This document shows, one piece after another, positions 59,646-64,000 of a DNA stretch of 64,000 bases. A program made the translations under genes and the position numbers. The notes beneath the pieces are model-generated. The model was given only the letters and a program-made list of their open reading frames with translations. It did no database searches and was not told the origin of the DNA. Source of the stretch: Opitutales bacterium (lineage in GTDB: Bacteria > Verrucomicrobiota > Verrucomicrobiia > Opitutales > UBA953); the NCBI GenBank assembly GCA_040398005.1, contig JBBAUX010000002.1:114798-178797 (forward strand). Reading direction: 5' to 3'. Numbering within the stretch: position 1 is the first letter of the stretch; each line of letters starts with the position of its first letter.

Positions 59646-60791
59646 GTGTTCACTTTATTAAAAACGGATACGGCAACGGCTGCGCGCTTGGGCGTTCTTA
59701 AAACTCCGCATGGTGAAGTGCGTACGCCTGTGTTCATGCCCGTGGGTACGCAAGCCACGGTTAAAGGCCTCACACCGCAGATGGTGGAGGACACGGGGGC
59801 ACAAATTTTATTAAGTAATACCTATCACTTAAATCTTCGACCCGGACGTGAGATTGTTCGTCAGGCAGGCGGACTTCATAAATTCATGCATTGGGATAAA
59901 CCGATTCTGACCGACAGCGGAGGCTTCCAGGTTTTCTCATTAGCTAAATTCCGTCAGGTCACCGACGAAGGGATTCATTTTAAATCTCACCTCGATGGCT
60001 CACCGCTTTTCTTGGACGTCAAAGATTGTTTAGCGATTCAAGACGCACTCGGGTCCGACATCGCCATGGTTCTCGACGAATGTCCCCCTTGGCCCTGCGA
60101 ACGTGCCGCCTGCGAAGTCGCCGTAAACCGCACGATTCGTTGGGCAAAAGAGATGTTACAACTCGCGAAAGACACCGGCTTCCTCGCTTCAGGCCGTCAC
60201 TTATTCTGTATCAATCAAGGATCTGTCTTTGAAGATTTGCGTGTGCGTTGTGCTGAAGAATTAGCCGGACTCGACTTTCCTGGTTTTGCCATTGGCGGCG
60301 TGAGCGTGGGTGAGCCCGAAGAAGAAATGATGCGTCAGGTCGGCATCGTAGCACCTTTATTGCCGAAGAATAAACCCCGCTATGTCATGGGCGTCGGTAC
60401 GCCACCACAATTATTACGCATGGTGGCACTGGGTGCGGACATGTTTGATTGCACGATGCCTACACGTATTGGTCGTCACGGTGGTGCGTTCACACCCGAT
60501 GGTCCGGTGAGCCTCAAGCACTTGCGTTACAAGGAAGATCACCGTCCACTCGTGGAAGGTTTAGATAACTACACCTGCAAGAATTTCACACGGGCGTATC
60601 TCCGCCACTTACATCATGCGAGTGAATCCCTTGGTGGTACTTTACTAGGACTACACAATATTCACTTCTTACAGGATCTCATGAAGCAAGCCCACGACCA
60701 TATTGCGGCCGGTGATTTCGCTTCCTGGTCCAAAGCTTGGTGCGAGCGTTATGAAGCCGGCGCCAAGGATGAGATTCCCGCAGGCGAGTAA
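59646..60791 (+). CDS. tgt: Queuine tRNA-ribosyltransferase
   Basis: TPVFMPVGT, NTYHL, TDSGGFQVFSL, DEC, KPRYVMGVG, DMFDC. Confidence 0.96.
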   Translation: MFTLLKTDTATAARLGVLKTPHGEVRTPVFMPVGTQATVKGLTPQMVEDTGAQILLSNTYHLNLRPGREIVRQAGGLHKFMHWDKPILTDSGGFQVFSLAKFRQVTDEGIHFKSHLDGSPLFLDVKDCLAIQDALGSDIAMVLDECPPWPCERAACEVAVNRTIRWAKEMLQLAKDTGFLASGRHLFCINQGSVFEDLRVRCAEELAGLDFPGFAIGGVSVGEPEEEMMRQVGIVAPLLPKNKPRYVMGVGTPPQLLRMVALGADMFDCTMPTRIGRHGGAFTPDGPVSLKHLRYKEDHRPLVEGLDNYTCKNFTRAYLRHLHHASESLGGTLLGLHNIHFLQDLMKQAHDHIAAGDFASWSKAWCERYEAGAKDEIPAGE

Positions 60792-60797
60792 GCAGTT

Positions 60798-62141
60798 TTA
60801 ACGTCGGTTTCCGTTAAAACTCAGGCGCATGCCGCGTGACGTGTGATTTACTTTTCCGTTTTCGTACACGCTGACTCCGTTCACGAAGGTTTGGTGAATT
60901 GTATTTTTGAAAGTGTGTCCTTCGTAGGGTGACCAGCCGCAGTGAAAGAGAATGTTTTCTTTAGATACGGTATAAGATTTTTTGGGATCAACGATTACGA
61001 GGTCAGCCCAATAGCCTTCGCGAATGAATCCACGATTTTCGACCCCGAATAAAAGTGCCGGGGCATGACACGCACGCTCCACTGTTTTTTCTAAGGTGAA
61101 GACTCCTTGGTCGACTAAATCCAATAATATCAGGAGAGAGTGTTGAACGAGGGGTAGACCGGCCGGAGCTTTAAAATATTTCTGAGCCTTTTCCTCGGCG
61201 GTGTGTGGTGCGTGGTCGGTCGCAATCACATCAATGACTCCTTGATTCACCGCCTCGCGCACGGCGGCTCGATCTTGCACGGTCTTAATCGCCGGATTGC
61301 ATTTAATTTTATGTCCGAGTCGGGCATAGTCCTGATCGCTAAACCAAAGGTGATGCACACAGGCCTCGGCGGTGATACGTTTTTTACCAAGAGGCTCGGC
61401 TGAAAATAGGCTTAATTCCTTGGCGGTAGTGATGTGCAGGACATGCAGTCGAGTGCCGTGTTTCTTGGCTAAACTCACCGCGAGTGATGACGACGCATAA
61501 CAGGCTTCTGCGGAACGAATAATCGGATGTTCACTGGCTGGAACATCTTCGCCCCATTTTGATTTAGCCACTGCTTCAGCCGCTTTAATCATCGGTGTAT
61601 CTTCGCAGTGAGTGGCGATGAGGGTGGGCGAGTGTTTGAAAATACCTTCGAGTGTCGTGGCTTGGTCGACTAACATATCACCCGTGGATGAACCCATGAA
61701 AACTTTCACTCCGCAAACTTTAGTGGCATCGACCTTCTTCAAAATTTCTAGATTAGTATTCGTTCCTCCGAAGAAAAAGGAATAGTTCGCCACGGAGACT
61801 TGAGCGGCGCGGGTATATTTTAATTCCAACTCCGCAATCGTCGTAGCGGGAGGATTGGTATTCGGCATCTCCATGAACGAGGTCACCCCGCCAGCGACAG
61901 CCGCGCGTGCTTCACTCTCAATGGTAGCTTTGTGGGTTAATCCCGGTTCTCTGAAATGAACTTGGTCATCAATCAGACCTGGTAAAACCAGTTTGCCGGC
62001 GAGATCGATTTCACGGTCGACTTTAACATCGGCGGGAATTTGTCCGATGCGCTCGATTCTTCCATTTCGAACAAGAATATCAGCATGAAAGCGTTTACCT
62101 TCATTGATGATGAGCCCGTTGCGAAGGACGAGTGAGTCCAT
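60798..62141 (-). CDS. pyrC: Dihydroorotase (long amidohydrolase type)
   Basis: DDQVHFREPG, EMPNT, KVFMGSSTG, KCNPAIK, ATDHAPH. Confidence 0.9.
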   Translation of the reverse strand: MDSLVLRNGLIINEGKRFHADILVRNGRIERIGQIPADVKVDREIDLAGKLVLPGLIDDQVHFREPGLTHKATIESEARAAVAGGVTSFMEMPNTNPPATTIAELELKYTRAAQVSVANYSFFFGGTNTNLEILKKVDATKVCGVKVFMGSSTGDMLVDQATTLEGIFKHSPTLIATHCEDTPMIKAAEAVAKSKWGEDVPASEHPIIRSAEACYASSSLAVSLAKKHGTRLHVLHITTAKELSLFSAEPLGKKRITAEACVHHLWFSDQDYARLGHKIKCNPAIKTVQDRAAVREAVNQGVIDVIATDHAPHTAEEKAQKYFKAPAGLPLVQHSLLILLDLVDQGVFTLEKTVERACHAPALLFGVENRGFIREGYWADLVIVDPKKSYTVSKENILFHCGWSPYEGHTFKNTIHQTFVNGVSVYENGKVNHTSRGMRLSFNGNRR

Positions 62142-62191
62142 GCAATCAAGTTCACTTAAAATCTCCTTCACCGCAAACGGTAAAGTTAAGA

Positions 62192-62692
62192 TTATAGGCT
62201 CGGCTTAATAATATCGCTTAAATCCGTATTCGAGAGGCCTTCGGGATTAACATTCACAGCCGATACATTGAAGGTCGCACCCGTGCGGTGATTGAATTTT
62301 AAGACGAAATTAGTGATGAGCGCTTTTTCACCAGGATAGAGTTCTTCTTTGCGCGCAATCATGGTGGTGACTAATTCATCCACCTTCTCAGTCGAAGATC
62401 CAGGAAGGGCATTCAGTTTAGCTTTCGCCTCTTTGATTTTCTGTTCTCCGCCAATCGATGCATTCCAAATTAAAATCGCGACGTTCATGGCACCTTTCGC
62501 AGCGGTGCGGTTATTGCCTGCCTGTTCGAGAATGGGCTGACTAAAAGTAGCCAACTTATCGGCAATCGTGAGGGTGCGAGGAGTCTTTCCCTTTTGGGCG
62601 GGTGCGGGTGTACTAAAATCGCGTTCAATGGAACGAGGACTGCGGTTGCCGAAGGCACCGGTGGTCTTACTACGTGAGCGGGGGGAGGACAT
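62192..62692 (-). CDS. Hypothetical protein
   Basis: Basic disordered N-terminus, then F.QPIL..AILIWNA..MIARK..LYP helical domain; start set at MSSPRS. Confidence 0.65.
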   Translation of the reverse strand: MSSPRSRSKTTGAFGNRSPRSIERDFSTPAPAQKGKTPRTLTIADKLATFSQPILEQAGNNRTAAKGAMNVAILIWNASIGGEQKIKEAKAKLNALPGSSTEKVDELVTTMIARKEELYPGEKALITNFVLKFNHRTGATFNVSAVNVNPEGLSNTDLSDIIKPSL

Positions 62693-62815
62693 GGGGAGCC
62701 GTGGATGACTTTCAAGGCAAACCAGTCTCGCCCGTTGGGCAAGCCCATTTCCGCTCCCCATCCCTTGACAGAACAGACTCGCCTTGCCACGCTGACCTCT
62801 AAATAACCTATACCT

Positions 62816-63337
62816 GTGACTGATTATAGCGAAGTTATTAAAGCCCACCGCCGCGACCACCTCGCCCGGCCGATGTCTCTCCCCACCGGAGTGCACCGTC
62901 ACTTCGAGAGCACCACTTTACCTTTACCGATTGAGAAGGTCTTCGAATTTTTCTCCAAAGCAGAAAACCTCGAGGCAATCACTCCTCCGGAATTACAATT
63001 TAAAATCTTAACCCCGCTGCCCGTCATCATGGAACGCGGAGCGTTGATTGATTACAGAATTAAAATGAGCGGCATTCCTTTTGGATGGCGCACGCGCATT
63101 ACGCACTGGGATCCGCCTTACGCTTTTGCGGATCAACAACTCAAAGGTCCTTACGCTGTTTGGTTCCACACTCACACTTTCGCAGACGAAGGTGGTAAGA
63201 CTCGGATGGATGACGAAGTGCTCTACAAACTTCCTCTTTGGCCGTTCGGTGAAGTTGCTTATCCTTTTGTGAAAGCAAAAGTGGAAGGTATTTTCAAATA
63301 CCGCCGTCAGAAAATCCGAAAACTTCTCGGAGTCTAA
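62816..63337 (+). CDS. SRPBCC / polyketide cyclase-like protein
   Basis: VFEFF..AENLEAITPP, W..RI..W.PP..F.DQQ.KGPY..W.H.H.F, IF.YR. Confidence 0.88.
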   Translation: MTDYSEVIKAHRRDHLARPMSLPTGVHRHFESTTLPLPIEKVFEFFSKAENLEAITPPELQFKILTPLPVIMERGALIDYRIKMSGIPFGWRTRITHWDPPYAFADQQLKGPYAVWFHTHTFADEGGKTRMDDEVLYKLPLWPFGEVAYPFVKAKVEGIFKYRRQKIRKLLGV

Positions 63338-63979
63338 TTAAGCGAGTAGGGAGATGAGTTGATCGAGCGACGTGATAAAAGCGTCGGCTCCGGCTTTGAC
63401 TATGGGGCGCACTGTATAGCGTCCAAAGCCAATCATTTTATCAACATCGCCTTTTACTTCTAAATCACTCGCACCATCACCGACTAAAATAGTTTGGGTA
63501 GCTTTGAATTCATCGCGCAGTTTAAGAGCCACGACATTTTTGCCTTTCGACTTCGCAGTTGGGCAGCTCTCCACATAACCTGCATAAGAACCATCGGCAT
63601 TAAAACGCAGTTCAACCGCTTCCACACGTTCGATGCCTAAGTATTGGGCGAGAGGGCGGATAGCCTGAGTGAAACCACCGCTCACAATCATAACCGTCCA
63701 GCCAGCAGCTTTAAGTTTTGTAATTGTATCCACTGCGGTAGGTTCGACCTCTTGAATGTATTTCTGTCCGATCGATTCTAACTCTTCTAAAGTCGGTTTA
63801 ATCATATCTAGGCGCTTCGCAAAGATAGACTCCATGGGCGTGCTGCCATCCATCGCCTTAGTTGTCATTTCCTCTACCGCCTTAAAGACTTCAGGACCAC
63901 GTAAACGACCCAACTCATCAATGCCCTCAATCGCAGAAAGCGTCGAATCACAGTCGAATAATAGAAGCTTAGTCGCCAC
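63338..63979 (-). CDS. serB: Phosphoserine phosphatase-like HAD IB hydrolase
   Basis: FDCDSTL..EGIDEL, AMDG, VSGGF, GK, VGDGASD. Confidence 0.82.
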   Translation of the reverse strand: MATKLLLFDCDSTLSAIEGIDELGRLRGPEVFKAVEEMTTKAMDGSTPMESIFAKRLDMIKPTLEELESIGQKYIQEVEPTAVDTITKLKAAGWTVMIVSGGFTQAIRPLAQYLGIERVEAVELRFNADGSYAGYVESCPTAKSKGKNVVALKLRDEFKATQTILVGDGASDLEVKGDVDKMIGFGRYTVRPIVKAGADAFITSLDQLISLLA

Positions 63980-64000
63980 GCCGTTATACAGACCGACTTA

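Noticed and set aside
1..64000. Prophage, IS, defence island, tRNA or rRNA genes
   Set aside because: No integrase, transposase, phage or defence motifs, and the short intergenic gaps show no cloverleaf or rRNA sequence

Overview
A gene-dense, mostly housekeeping 64 kb bacterial segment. The gene set (long GreA, TIGR03790-like protein, alpha2-type GlyRS, TPR+ExbB/ExbD cluster, rpmF-plsX-fabH-bamD-lptE order) suggests Verrucomicrobiota, probably a compact Opitutia genome; this is inference. It encodes DNA repair/replication (mutL end, uvrB, priA, scpB), translation (rpsA, infC, rpmI-rplT, pheST, gatCAB, glyQS, tgt, rlmN, rsmI, rpmF), amino acid/cofactor synthesis (thrBC, ilvD, pheA, metX, nadE, pdxA, pyrC) and envelope functions (lpxA, plsX, fabH, cls, amidase, LptE, BamD-like, MlaD). 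I found no tRNA, rRNA, CRISPR array, transposase or prophage. Best leads: (1) a secreted 140-aa protein with three tandem SEIS-x-HCGxC cassettes (metal-binding or RiPP-precursor-like) next to an orphan metal/B12-type binding protein; (2) a TPR-TPR-ExbB-ExbD-ExbD operon with no TonB/TolA, ending in an unlisted 45-aa lipoprotein; (3) a nested palindrome/octamer/REP element between iscA and tgt; (4) repeated loss of Zn-ligand cysteines in TGT, L32, GmhB and MutL; (5) a MurU-AmgK-like fusion; (6) apparently leaderless promoters and structured rpsA and rplT leaders. All assignments come from motif recognition by eye; no searches were run.
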